From the IMG/VR virus record IMGVR_UViG_3300031788_000002, positions 103,482 through 167,481 of that record: a DNA stretch of 64,000 bases, one strand, 5' to 3'. Shown here in pieces: positions 34,008 through 43,506 of this stretch. Numbering within the stretch: the first letter of the stretch is position 1; each line of letters opens with the position of its first letter. The DNA is from a virus. The notes beneath the pieces are model-generated. The model had not been told where the DNA came from and did no database searches. It saw only the letters and a program-made list of their open reading frames with translations. The position numbers and the translations under genes were made by a program.

Positions 34008-37000
34008 ATGGCGAATAGTACACCGGCGTCTATCCCGCGCCCCGGCACCCAGGTCATCCAACAATTTAGGGCGGTAACGCCCACGGTCATCACGCCCACG
34101 CTCGTGCCCAACGTGGTCGGCGTGTGCAAGCAGATTGTGGATTTGCTCGTGACCGACAGTACCGGCGGGCAGACCCTCAATGCTGATGCGCTGATTGACC
34201 TTCCGGCCTTTTTCTTTTCGGCGGCTGCTACCGGAAGCCCTCCCGTATACACGGGTCTCGATGGGCTTCAATTGGCGGTGAGCATCAACGAGTCGGTTGA
34301 GGTTGATTTGCCGTTCTCGGACCCTTCGGCGGAGGGGTTGACCCCTGCGACCATGGTGTCGCAGATCATGGCCGCTTTGAGTCAGCAGGGCGTAACGTCG
34401 GCCCAGGCTATCCTGGTCAGCGACACCTACTTCGAATTTGCGACCCTCGGTAAAGGGCAGTTTGAATCCATCACCATCCTTGACACGACGTCGCCTGTGG
34501 TTGCATCGGCACTCGGAATTGGTATCGGGCAGACCTACCTGGGCGTTTCCAACTACAATCAGTACACGCTGACCATTCCGGAAGAAGCCTTTCCCGATCC
34601 GCGCAATAACCTGGCGGAGTTGGTGATTGAGCAAAACACCGTGCGCGTGTTCCTGGCAACGGGGCACAGCACGGACATCACGGAAGCCACGCGAACGGCG
34701 TCGTTCCTGATGAAAGGAACCGTGGCCATTTCGGGGTCCGTGCAATCCCCCACGGATTTGTCGGGCCTGGTGTACCCCACGGCCATTGGCACGAAGAACC
34801 TCATTATCAACGTGGACAATGGTACTGACCAGACGATCGCGTTCACGAGCCCCGCAAGTGACACGGCGTTTTTGAGTCAGCTCCAAGCGGGCTTGTCCGG
34901 CGCAACGCCGTCGCTGGTCTCGGGTAAGTTTTTGGAGATCACCAGCAACAGCGAGGGTGCGAATAGCTCCGTTACGATCCGCCCGGCAAGCACGCTTTTG
35001 ACCACGAACGGCGGGCCCCTGTCCTTTCCCGTTTTGGCAGGTACTGGGACAAGTATCGCGGCTGTAAGCGATGGCAGCGGCGGCGCCTACACCTCGCTTC
35101 TGGATTTCGCTAGCATGAACTTTACGGCGGCAGCGACGCACGCGGTGTTGACCGCCTCGGCCCCCCCGACGTTCTCTGCGCTGACCACTGGCAGCACGTT
35201 GATTCTGAGCGATGGGCATGCGCCGCAGACCATCACGTTTGCGGGTAACGAGACTACGGTGGTGGGGGCGACCAACAGCCTACAAGCCACCATTCAGGCG
35301 CTGGTGGGTACCGAAACGGGCGGCAACGTTGTGGTGTCTTCGACAGGGGGCGCGCTGACGTTGACCAATGAAACCGTTGGCGATGAGTCGATGCTCCAAA
35401 TTGTTGGGGGCACGGCCTTGGCGGCGCTCGACCCGGGTACAACGCCCACGTTGATCGCCGGTGCGCAGACCAACGGTAACCCCTTCCCTCCCCAGGCCGG
35501 CGACCAGATTTGGATCGACGGGACGTTGTTCGCGTTGGTGAACAAGGTGGCACCGGGGGGCATCACCACGCGTCTCAAGATCAACCAGCAGGTACCGATC
35601 AGTACGAATGTCGGTACGAGCTTCTACATTGAAGCGCAGAACCTGGTGTCCCCCGCGCCCCCGAATCGACCCACGCCTGACTTGGTGGTGGATCTTACGG
35701 ACAACATCACCATCAAGCACAGTCTCCTGCGCGACTTCGTGGGAAACCCTCTGGCGGTTCAGGCCCCTATTTACGTGGCGTACACAGCGCTTCGGCTCGA
35801 CACTACGGCCTTGGCAACGAACCCGGGTCTTTTGCGCTTCGGCAATACCACGGACCTCGAGGCGGCGATCGGGCCAACGACCGCGGACAATCCGCTGGCG
35901 CTCGGGATGTACTTCGCACTCATCAATGGGCCCGGCATTCAAGTAACGGGATTGGGCGTCGACGCAATTGCATCCGAAGAGCCCTTCGGTACCGTCGAAG
36001 CGTTCACGAGGGCCGCGGAATACCTCGAGGGCTTCGAGGTGTACGCCATTGCGCTTCTAACCCATGACGAGTCCGTGGCGCAGGTGTTCAACACCCACGT
36101 ACAGTTTATGAGTCAGCCCGAGCAACACGGCGAGCGCATCTTGCTGTGGAACCCGGTCATCCCCACCAACGCGCTCGACACATTGATTACGAGTGGCACC
36201 AACGGTGACGGGCTGAGTACCATCACGTTCGATACCAAGATCACGAGCCTGAGCACGCTCTTGCAAGCGGCGGGTGTTAGCCCGGTGGGAACCATCCCGG
36301 TGGCGTCCGGGTTGTTCCTAGCTCTGGCCGCGGATGGGAACAATTACTCGATCGCCAGCATCGTGGGCTCCCGCGTTACGGTGCGCGTGAGCGCGGGTAG
36401 CTTCCCCAACGGTTCGAACGACGATGGCTTCTATGCAGAGAACGTTCTGCCTTCGCCGCTCATTGGGGAATTGTTCTCGATTCGTGTGCGGGGACTGCCC
36501 CTCGTGACGCTGGCGGGAACCCCCGATAAGAATGCGATTGCAGCCAATGTCAACGCCATGGGGCAGTCGTTTCAGAACCGTCGGTTTTGGATGACGCTTC
36601 CCGATCGGTGTGTGGCCACCATCTCGGGCGTCAGCCAGGTCCTCGACGGCTTCTACATGAACGCGGCTACCGCCGGCGCGATCGGGCAGCAGCCGCCACA
36701 GCAGTCCTTTACCCAGTTCCCCATCACGGGGTTCACCGGGGTGAAGGGTAGCAACGATACGTACAGCGAGAGCCAGCTGAACGTGATGGCAGGCGGTGGC
36801 GCCTACATCTTTGTGCAGGATGTTGCGAACGCGCCCATCTATGCACGCATGGCGCTGACAACGGATTTGACCAGTGTCGAAACCCGCACGGACTCCGTGA
36901 CCAAGATCGTCGACTTCACTGCGAAGTTCGTTCGGGGGAGCCTGAAGAACTTCATCGGGCGCTTCAATATCACGCAGGGCTTTTTGGATACCCTGGGCAC

Positions 37001-37166
37001 CGTGGGTCAGGGGCTCTTCGGCTTCCTTACGGAGAACGGCGTGTTGATTGGGGGAAGCCTCGACAATATCATCCAGGATGAGAACAACCGAGACACGGTC
37101 ATCATGGATTCGACGTTGGATGTTCCTATTCCGTGCAACTACCTAAAATTGACCTTACTCATTTGA
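34008..37166 (+). CDS. contractile tail sheath protein
   Basis: N-terminal RPGTQVIQQF; C-terminal SVTKIVDFTAKFVRGSLKNFIG...VPIPCNYLKLTL; 1052 aa with inserted beta domains. Confidence 0.85.
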   Translation: MANSTPASIPRPGTQVIQQFRAVTPTVITPTLVPNVVGVCKQIVDLLVTDSTGGQTLNADALIDLPAFFFSAAATGSPPVYTGLDGLQLAVSINESVEVDLPFSDPSAEGLTPATMVSQIMAALSQQGVTSAQAILVSDTYFEFATLGKGQFESITILDTTSPVVASALGIGIGQTYLGVSNYNQYTLTIPEEAFPDPRNNLAELVIEQNTVRVFLATGHSTDITEATRTASFLMKGTVAISGSVQSPTDLSGLVYPTAIGTKNLIINVDNGTDQTIAFTSPASDTAFLSQLQAGLSGATPSLVSGKFLEITSNSEGANSSVTIRPASTLLTTNGGPLSFPVLAGTGTSIAAVSDGSGGAYTSLLDFASMNFTAAATHAVLTASAPPTFSALTTGSTLILSDGHAPQTITFAGNETTVVGATNSLQATIQALVGTETGGNVVVSSTGGALTLTNETVGDESMLQIVGGTALAALDPGTTPTLIAGAQTNGNPFPPQAGDQIWIDGTLFALVNKVAPGGITTRLKINQQVPISTNVGTSFYIEAQNLVSPAPPNRPTPDLVVDLTDNITIKHSLLRDFVGNPLAVQAPIYVAYTALRLDTTALATNPGLLRFGNTTDLEAAIGPTTADNPLALGMYFALINGPGIQVTGLGVDAIASEEPFGTVEAFTRAAEYLEGFEVYAIALLTHDESVAQVFNTHVQFMSQPEQHGERILLWNPVIPTNALDTLITSGTNGDGLSTITFDTKITSLSTLLQAAGVSPVGTIPVASGLFLALAADGNNYSIASIVGSRVTVRVSAGSFPNGSNDDGFYAENVLPSPLIGELFSIRVRGLPLVTLAGTPDKNAIAANVNAMGQSFQNRRFWMTLPDRCVATISGVSQVLDGFYMNAATAGAIGQQPPQQSFTQFPITGFTGVKGSNDTYSESQLNVMAGGGAYIFVQDVANAPIYARMALTTDLTSVETRTDSVTKIVDFTAKFVRGSLKNFIGRFNITQGFLDTLGTVGQGLFGFLTENGVLIGGSLDNIIQDENNRDTVIMDSTLDVPIPCNYLKLTLLI

Positions 37167-37170
37167 TCTA

Positions 37171-37229
37171 ATGCGGCGCGTGCTCGATGCGCCGCATAAG
37201 AGGAGCCCCACCCCGGGCTCCTCTTCTTT
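37171..37229 (+). terminator. double hairpin/terminator after sheath
   Basis: ATGCGGCGCGT/ATGCGCCGCAT stem, then AAGAGGAGCCC/GGGCTCCTCTT stem followed by CTTT. Confidence 0.7.
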
Positions 37230-37274
37230 AGCCTACCTTTGCTAGACTCGAAGAGCTTTCGGTAGGAGCTCTAC

Positions 37275-37385
37275 GTGCTGGCAACGATTTACAATTCACC
37301 AAGCATAGCAACTACGCATGAGGAATTAGCGGTGCGCAATAATGCAACAACCCGCACGGTGAGTCGCGTGCTGAATGGCAAGTGA
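37275..37385 (+). CDS. 36-aa helix-turn-helix miniprotein
   Basis: Not in track. AGGAG plus GTG; MLATIYNSPSIATTHEELAVRNNATTRTVSRVLNGK; TVSRVLNG matches the LacI-type recognition helix. Confidence 0.55.
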   Translation: MLATIYNSPSIATTHEELAVRNNATTRTVSRVLNGK

Positions 37386-37391
37386 CGAGGT

Positions 37392-37413
37392 AGAGGCCCA
37401 GCGGTCTCTTTTT
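37392..37413 (+). terminator. terminator-like hairpin before tail tube gene
   Basis: AGAGGCC-cagc-GGTCTCT followed by TTTT. Confidence 0.55.
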
Positions 37414-37436
37414 AGCCATAGATTAGGAGGCGGACA

Positions 37437-38234
37437 TTGAGCGGGAATTACTCTGATTGGGCCCCGTACAATAACTACGTACAGGCCGGGATGGTTGACG
37501 GCCAGTACGTCAACGCGGGCTTCATGCTATTGGCTGCAGGGCCGCCGCGTATCGCGAACATCGGCGGCGCGGCTTCCTTTGCGCAAGCCTTGAGTGGCAA
37601 TGGTCAATCGGCCAATCAGATCGTGCTGCCCATTGGTGTACTGCAGAGCTTCAACGTCAGCCACAACCGGCAGTTCAGCCGTATCTTCGAAATCGGTTCC
37701 GAGCGAAGTTACTTCATCTCGGGGCGTACGGTAGGTCAGCTGAGTTTGGGGCGCGTGTACTACCACGGTGCGTCCCTCTTGCGCATTCTTTATGCGTACT
37801 ACCAAGACGATATTGGACCGACCATCGTCCCGTCGATGTGGCCGAACGCGGGTTCTGCCTCAATGGCGAACCCCCACGACGTCATCATCCCGCCGGGGTA
37901 CGAGAACCTTTACTTCAACCTCGCTTCAGACTTGTTCGCACAGCCCATCGGCATCTTGATGTACATCCGCGACATCAACCAAGATGCGCTCGGCGCCCTC
38001 TACTTCGAATCGAGTTACTTGCCGAATCACTCATTGGCTACGGATAGCCAAGGGGTTCTTCTGCAGGAGAACGTCGCGGTACAGTTTGAGCGCGCAGTCC
38101 CTGTAGCTATCAGCGCGCTGACCCTTATTTCGACGGCATCCAACGCGGGGGGCTCGAATATGTCGAGTACCTTCCTTGGAATTCCTGACGCGTCGACCCA
38201 GGCCAACGCGTCCACATCGGCCGCGGCGGCGTAA
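37437..38234 (+). CDS. tail tube protein
   Basis: AGGAGG plus TTG; IGVLQSFNVSHNRQFSRIFEIGS; follows sheath. Confidence 0.78.
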   Translation: MSGNYSDWAPYNNYVQAGMVDGQYVNAGFMLLAAGPPRIANIGGAASFAQALSGNGQSANQIVLPIGVLQSFNVSHNRQFSRIFEIGSERSYFISGRTVGQLSLGRVYYHGASLLRILYAYYQDDIGPTIVPSMWPNAGSASMANPHDVIIPPGYENLYFNLASDLFAQPIGILMYIRDINQDALGALYFESSYLPNHSLATDSQGVLLQENVAVQFERAVPVAISALTLISTASNAGGSNMSSTFLGIPDASTQANASTSAAAA

Positions 38235-38243
38235 GGAACTCCC

Positions 38244-38630
38244 GTGTCCACGCCGTTCACGACAACGCTTACCGTTCAAACGCCCATGGCGGCGGGGCAG
38301 CCGCCGCTCCCCATCGTGGCCGCTCTCTCCGCTGCTTATGACAGCCGCACCGAGTATCGACTGTCCTTTACAGTGTCGGGAACCAAGACGCTCGACATGG
38401 GAACGTTGGGCCCCAACGGCGCTAAGCTTTTGCTGGTGACGATGGATGCCAGCGTTGACCCCACGGTTCAACCCGTGCTTCTTTCCCTTAATGGAGCCAC
38501 ACCCGGTATCGAAGTATCGCCCGGGGGGTTTTTTGCTTTAGGGAGTCCTCAGCCAACCACCGCCGGTGTCCTTTCCATCACGATCACACACGCTTCCACC
38601 GCCGCTATGAGCGTGTGGGTTTTTGGATAA
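38244..38630 (+). CDS. small beta-rich virion protein
   Basis: AAGGA SD plus GTG. Confidence 0.65.
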   Translation: MSTPFTTTLTVQTPMAAGQPPLPIVAALSAAYDSRTEYRLSFTVSGTKTLDMGTLGPNGAKLLLVTMDASVDPTVQPVLLSLNGATPGIEVSPGGFFALGSPQPTTAGVLSITITHASTAAMSVWVFG

Positions 38631-38633
38631 CTT

Positions 38634-39122
38634 ATGCACCGTCAAGTCATCGAGCGCGTTACTGAAGTGGCTGCGGGGTCTGCTTCTAATGTAATCAAGG
38701 ACAGTGTATTCGGCGCGCTGCTGACCGTAGCGGTCGTTTGCATCATTTGGTTGCTGAAGCGCTTGATGAGCGTGCAGGATCAGAGGGTCGAAGATCAAGT
38801 ACGCGCCAACGAGATGATGGAGCACAGCCGCGAGAAGACATCTAGCCTGATTGCGCAAGTGAACCAAGCGTCCGTGGGGGTCAACGCGACGCTGGACAAA
38901 TTGGTAGATGCGCAATGCGACAGCACGCGTTCGTTGGGCGATTTGCGCTCGTCTATTCAGTCATTACAGGTGACCACGGACAGCGTCATCCGCGACGCTG
39001 TCCGTGGTCGGTCTCAACCGGAAGTCGCACCCATGTCGTCTGTTCGACAGGAGGTACCCCGCGGAGGGAGTTACTCGCATCTTGATCCTGGGTTGTACGA
39101 CCGAGGAGAGAGAGGACGGTGA
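38634..39122 (+). CDS. holin-like membrane protein
   Basis: Single N-terminal TM (VFGALLTVAVVCIIWLL) followed by coiled coil. Confidence 0.45.
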   Translation: MHRQVIERVTEVAAGSASNVIKDSVFGALLTVAVVCIIWLLKRLMSVQDQRVEDQVRANEMMEHSREKTSSLIAQVNQASVGVNATLDKLVDAQCDSTRSLGDLRSSIQSLQVTTDSVIRDAVRGRSQPEVAPMSSVRQEVPRGGSYSHLDPGLYDRGERGR

Positions 39123-39466
39123 CTGTGATCGCCTTCTTGCAAAGGTTGACAGGGACGTCACGCCGTGGCGTACAAGAAAGTCAACGTTTTGAGCACAACA
39201 TTCGTTGCGTTATTCAACAGGTCAAACAGTTGGAACGCTTGTGCGAGGACATGGATGGCGTCTGCCATCAAGTGGAAGAAACGCAGAGGCGCATCCGTAC
39301 GTCGCCCCGCTCCTCGGGCTACTCGGGGGAGCACGCTAAAACCATTCCGGCGTCCCGTCCGCCAGGAGAAGCAGAGTATGGAAACGCCGAACGAGAAGCG
39401 CCTATTACAGCGCGAGGGATGTCCCTTTGCGCGGCTGGACGAGAGCTCCCAGATCATCCGGCGTAA
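39119..39466 (+). CDS. hypothetical protein
   Basis: GTGA overlap; GAGGA SD. Confidence 0.5.
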   Translation: MTVIAFLQRLTGTSRRGVQESQRFEHNIRCVIQQVKQLERLCEDMDGVCHQVEETQRRIRTSPRSSGYSGEHAKTIPASRPPGEAEYGNAEREAPITARGMSLCAAGRELPDHPA

Positions 39467-39698
39467 GGACTTGGTTTCGCTCGGCGATTCGTTTCGAGCG
39501 TCCACGATCCCCTTCGACACTCTGGCGCGCCACGTGCAGCGCCAGGTTATTCTTGTCAACCGTTTGCAATACGGCCTTTTCGCGCTATTCGTAGTGAGTA
39601 TTGCACTTTTGGTAAGTACGCTTTGGTTGATTCATCGCGTCGAGACCCGTGCGGTGCCCCCTTCCTCAACAACTTCGCGGCCCCTGGAAACAGCGTGA
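39378..39698 (+). CDS. membrane protein (C-terminal TM)
   Basis: AGGAG plus ATG 39378; YGLFALFVVSIALLVSTLWLI. Confidence 0.55.
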   Translation: METPNEKRLLQREGCPFARLDESSQIIRRKDLVSLGDSFRASTIPFDTLARHVQRQVILVNRLQYGLFALFVVSIALLVSTLWLIHRVETRAVPPSSTTSRPLETA

Positions 39699-40456
39699 CG
39701 TTGGGCTGGCAAAAAGTAGCGGATGAATACCGCTTGGCGCCATTCGGCCAAGGGCGCACGCTGCCCCGGGATCGACTGCAAGCGCAGGCGGAAGAGTTCA
39801 ACGATCAGTTTCGACAACGCGAGGCGTTGACCATGTCCCAAACGGTAGAGAACCTAGGGGGTCCCGGCAGCGGCCGTGCCCGCTACTTGCGCGCGATCAT
39901 GACAACGCCGTACGCGGTGCATCCTCTTCTGCCTTTTGCGGGGCCCCCGATGATGCACCCCATGGGTTACGGGGCGGGCGCCGCGTACAGCGCGCCCAAC
40001 GATCAGGATCTGCGCGCGGGGGAACCCGACCCAGAAATGACGGCGCTTGAAACGGGCATCACGCACACCGCGTCCGTACGGTTTGCGGAGGCTATGGGGC
40101 GCGTGCTCGCGGAGAAGCGCGCGCAAGAGGAGCCCGCGTACATGTACGGCCCCGAAGCCTATGCACCGTACGAGGAAGCGCCCTCACCGCAGTACGTGCG
40201 TGCACTGGCATCCCCGCCGGTTGCGCCCCATGCACAAGCGGCCCGGCAGAACGCGGTACGCGCCTTAACGCACGTGGGGCAAGGTCTCGGGGAATCCGCG
40301 ATGGCAGCGGGGCATGGTCTTCAAGCCGCTGCGGGTGCGGTAGGGCGGGGACTTCAGGGTTTCATGGGACAGGAAGCCACCAGCGATCAGCGGTGGGGAA
40401 CAGGGTTTAGCCCCGCGCCTGTGACTAACGAATACGGTCAACCGCTTCGAATGTAA
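39695..40456 (+). CDS. hypothetical protein with K-x-A motifs
   Basis: GTGA overlap; QKVAD near the N-terminus, EKRAQ internally. Confidence 0.6.
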   Translation: MTLGWQKVADEYRLAPFGQGRTLPRDRLQAQAEEFNDQFRQREALTMSQTVENLGGPGSGRARYLRAIMTTPYAVHPLLPFAGPPMMHPMGYGAGAAYSAPNDQDLRAGEPDPEMTALETGITHTASVRFAEAMGRVLAEKRAQEEPAYMYGPEAYAPYEEAPSPQYVRALASPPVAPHAQAARQNAVRALTHVGQGLGESAMAAGHGLQAAAGAVGRGLQGFMGQEATSDQRWGTGFSPAPVTNEYGQPLRM

Positions 40457-40885
40457 CTACGGCAGGTGGTTCCACCAGCCGGTGGCTACGGGGGGCGCGA
40501 CGTCGTCGTCTTCGTGGGGAGCGGGGTCTTCATTAAAAGAGAGCAGTGGATCCTCCTGAGAATCACGCCAAGGTTCTTCATCAGTCTCTTCCTCGTCTTC
40601 GTCCTCGTCGTCGCGGGGTGGGCGTGTTTGAAACGGTAAGGCGTCCGGGGGTTTGGTCGATGAGGTGGTAGAGGAGTTGGGCTGTTCGGCGTACGTCGTC
40701 GTGCTCTGGTTGAGTAGGTCCCGTTCCTCGTTCGTCAGGCTGGCCAGAGTTTTGTTTCCGGAGAGAAGTGAGGTCAGCGTTGTGAGGAGCTCCGGTTCGT
40801 AGTGGGTGGGGTGTTCCAGGTAATCGCGCAGAAGAATCCGGGGGTCTCCCAGGAGCGCCTCGAATAAACCAGGCGTCGACGGCAC
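40457..40885 (-). CDS. acidic hypothetical protein (start uncertain)
   Basis: Protein-like only from GTG 40885 within track ORF 40457..41113. Confidence 0.5.
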   Translation of the reverse strand: MPSTPGLFEALLGDPRILLRDYLEHPTHYEPELLTTLTSLLSGNKTLASLTNEERDLLNQSTTTYAEQPNSSTTSSTKPPDALPFQTRPPRDDEDEDEEETDEEPWRDSQEDPLLSFNEDPAPHEDDDVAPPVATGWWNHLP

Positions 40886-41252
40886 GCTGCTGGGCGACGT
40901 TAGCGTCGGGTCGAAGGTTGGAGAGCTCAGGGCCGGCAGAGTCGGTAAGACCGGCAGCGGCGGCAAGGTACTCGGGAAGTACTTTTTGGGCGTACGCCCG
41001 GATAACAGCTGTTTGAGCGATTGCGTAGCGTTCCAGGAGTTCTTCGTGGTGCTCGTCACAGTACGCGGCGAAGACAGCCCCGAGGGCTTGGGCCATGTCA
41101 ATGGGCGGCTCATTGTTCTGGGACCTGTCGTAGTTGAGGGCGGTTACCAGGTGTTCCGCTTGTAACCATGTCGCGTCGGGAAGCGCCACAGGCAAGAGGC
41201 GTACGTGTAATCGGGGGTCTCGCGTAGTGTCCGGCGCAAACTTCTTAGTCAT
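40581..41252 (-). CDS. hypothetical protein
   Basis: N-terminal 130 aa or so look protein-like; the tail overlaps the previous ORF. Confidence 0.5.
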   Translation of the reverse strand: MTKKFAPDTTRDPRLHVRLLPVALPDATWLQAEHLVTALNYDRSQNNEPPIDMAQALGAVFAAYCDEHHEELLERYAIAQTAVIRAYAQKVLPEYLAAAAGLTDSAGPELSNLRPDANVAQQRAVDAWFIRGAPGRPPDSSARLPGTPHPLRTGAPHNADLTSLRKQNSGQPDERGTGPTQPEHDDVRRTAQLLYHLIDQTPGRLTVSNTPTPRRRGRRRGRD

Positions 41253-41341
41253 TGCGGCACAAGAGGCTCAGAGGTGTACACCATGGTTTTTCTACTTGAA
41301 CCACAAGATATACGACTGTATACAACACACGGCACTGATCA

Positions 41342-41602
41342 TTGAACATGCGCAGCATCGTGGTGGTTACAGCAACTGTCCCTTTCTGCGTAGACGACCC
41401 TCGGTTCTATGGCTCAGTACGCGTGGTCGAGGTGGTCCCTCTCCACGGGCATAAAACCATTGGGTTGCGGCTCTACCTGAAAGAAGATCGCTACGTCATC
41501 TTGCCACGACATCGCTTGGACGAGGTGATCGCAGCCCAACGGGCCGCAGGTGTGATCGCAGCCGACCAGTACAGAAACGTGATTAGGGAGATGAATCCAT
41601 GA
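41342..41602 (+). CDS. hypothetical protein
   Basis: 86-aa ORF coupled by ATGA to the next gene. Confidence 0.55.
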   Translation: MNMRSIVVVTATVPFCVDDPRFYGSVRVVEVVPLHGHKTIGLRLYLKEDRYVILPRHRLDEVIAAQRAAGVIAADQYRNVIREMNP

Positions 41603-42192
41603 CTGACGTGAACAATGTGATCGCGACGTTCAAGAGCCGGCTGGCGGCAGGGCACTACAAGGAGCTGTCGGGTGCCCGCCGAGGCATCGGCAAGTTCCAG
41701 GGTATCGAAGACGCGGACCGCAAGAAAATGCTCGTTATCGCGGAGCGTCACTTTGCGGCGGGCGCGCCCGCGGTCAGTGCGCCAGTGGCTGAGGTGGCTT
41801 CGGCGGCTCCCAAGGCGAAGCGAGGGCGCAAGCCCAAGGCGGTGGTCGAAGGTGCTGCCCCGGAAGCCCCCAAGGCGCGTCGGGGGCGTAAGCCCGCCAC
41901 GGCTGCTAGCACGATGTCGCTTGCCGAGGACGCCAATCAGCAGCTGGGCATTTGCGAGAAGGCCGTGGATCAGCTGTCGCGCATCGGGGATCGCAACGTC
42001 GACGTGGCTGTGGAGATGACGGCGGCGAAGGAGTGCATCGGCCGCGTCATTCGCAACTTGCGCAGCACGCTCGGAGAGGACATCACGTCGCCCGCGCCTC
42101 AGGCGCTCGTTGGGCACGTTGTTCCTCAGAGTCTTCCGGCCATGCCCCCCAACGGGGCGGGTGCCGTGCTAGGCGCTCCCGCGCATCGGTGA
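41599..42192 (+). CDS. AT-hook-like nucleoid/DNA-binding protein
   Basis: GGGAG SD; two basic motifs KRGRKP and RRGRKP in an Ala/Pro linker. Confidence 0.65.
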   Translation: MTDVNNVIATFKSRLAAGHYKELSGARRGIGKFQGIEDADRKKMLVIAERHFAAGAPAVSAPVAEVASAAPKAKRGRKPKAVVEGAAPEAPKARRGRKPATAASTMSLAEDANQQLGICEKAVDQLSRIGDRNVDVAVEMTAAKECIGRVIRNLRSTLGEDITSPAPQALVGHVVPQSLPAMPPNGAGAVLGAPAHR

Positions 42193-42609
42193 CCATAGAA
42201 GACCGATGTAATCCACGTCGGTCTTTTCTTCAGCGTCGTCAAGCACACGCACATTCCCCTGATTTCGGATCGGCACGTGCCACGACACGGTGCCGTGAGG
42301 GGACTCCAAAATAACCACCACTTCTTGAACATGTTGCTCGACGAGCAGCAAAGCGTACGCGCCGTATACTTTTACGATGCGTTTTAGCTCGTTTGGCCAT
42401 GCGGCTTTCTCGGGGGGCAGATCCACAGGGATGATGCCCTCAGTTCGCCGTCCGTGAAAAACTACAGGGGACGCCGGCCACACCAGTACAAACGGCGTGA
42501 TAGACGCTCGTGCAGTCCACGAAGTGTACAGTGACGCCAATCCTTGGCGTGCTTCGCGCACCAGGTCTTGATGAATAAAACGTTCTTTGGCAAAGTAGGA
42601 AACCGCCAT
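42169..42609 (-). CDS. hypothetical protein
   Basis: Track ORF 42169..42630; ATG 42609 likely. Confidence 0.6.
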   Translation of the reverse strand: MAVSYFAKERFIHQDLVREARQGLASLYTSWTARASITPFVLVWPASPVVFHGRRTEGIIPVDLPPEKAAWPNELKRIVKVYGAYALLLVEQHVQEVVVILESPHGTVSWHVPIRNQGNVRVLDDAEEKTDVDYIGLLWSPMRGSA

Positions 42610-43099
42610 GACTGATGACTGTAACAGCAACGCCCGCGACCGACCTGGCTTTCAAGAAATTATGCTACGCATGGCGCAATTGGTTGCGCAGCGCTCAACG
42701 TGTCTGCGTCTTCAAGTGGGTACGGTGATTTCGAGTAAGGACTTTCGTCAGGTGTACTCGATGGGCTACAACGGTAATGCCAGCGGCTTACCGAACGCGT
42801 GCGACAAGACGGGCCCCGAAGCGGTGGGAAACTGCGGTTGTTGTCACGCTGAGCTCAACGCGATTGTGAATTGCAGCGCCTCGCGCGAGGTAGAAAAGCT
42901 TGTGTTTTCTACGGATTCGCCCTGCATCATGTGCGCTAAATACCTCATCAATCTGGGGGGTGTTACCGCCATTTACTTCCTGCGCCCCTACCGAACGCAG
43001 GAAGCTGCATCGCTGCTCGAGCGAAGCAACATTACCCTTCATCACGTTTACGCTTTTTCCAAGCAAGCCCCTGTCGGGGAAGAGATTCATGGGCGGTAA
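42608..43099 (+). CDS. dCMP deaminase (ComEB-like)
   Basis: RSTC...VG, GYNG, HAELNAI and SPCIMC zinc-binding motifs. Confidence 0.9.
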   Translation: MTDDCNSNARDRPGFQEIMLRMAQLVAQRSTCLRLQVGTVISSKDFRQVYSMGYNGNASGLPNACDKTGPEAVGNCGCCHAELNAIVNCSASREVEKLVFSTDSPCIMCAKYLINLGGVTAIYFLRPYRTQEAASLLERSNITLHHVYAFSKQAPVGEEIHGR

Positions 43100-43171
43100 G
43101 AAGGCAGGCGTCTTCTGCAACTTTGGGCATCGGTCGAGTGATGACAAACCCGTAACGCGAAAGAGAAGTTT

Positions 43172-43381
43172 ATGACGCAAGAACGCATGGTGGCCTGGAG
43201 CCGCCTCTTTTTGAAGCGTGAGTCGTTGTCTGCGGATGACCCGGAACGCGAAGTATGTGACAAGGCCCTCGACGACTTTTTGCACGAGGCCACCCCCGAG
43301 CAACGCACGCACATGATCAAGCTCATGGAATGCATTGATCGTGCGCTGGAGATCGCAACGTCGACGTGGCTGTGGGGATGA
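43172..43381 (+). CDS. hypothetical protein
   Basis: 69-aa ORF in a coupled run. Confidence 0.5.
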   Translation: MTQERMVAWSRLFLKRESLSADDPEREVCDKALDDFLHEATPEQRTHMIKLMECIDRALEIATSTWLWG

Positions 43382-43506
43382 GCATCAGGGGCATGGAACA
43401 CTCGAAGGATGCTGTTTACGTGGCACGCTGTGAGACGTGTGGCTACCTTCTGGGCGCGCAGGATCCAGGGCGGCCTTGTTGGTATTGCAAATGGGTGAGT
43501 CGATGA
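43378..43506 (+). CDS. 42-aa zinc-ribbon miniprotein
   Basis: Not in track. MSIRG...CETCG...CWYCKWVSR; ATGA overlaps at both ends. Confidence 0.55.
   Translation: MSIRGMEHSKDAVYVARCETCGYLLGAQDPGRPCWYCKWVSR

Noticed and set aside
34008-38234. Stand-alone contractile injection system, tailocin or T6SS
   Set aside because: Terminase, prohead protease and capsid genes are present, indicating a complete phage.
41296-41324. Sigma70-like promoter TTGAAC-N17-TATACA
   Set aside because: Plausible location, but the -10 lacks the conserved final T and there is only one instance, so it is too weak to call.
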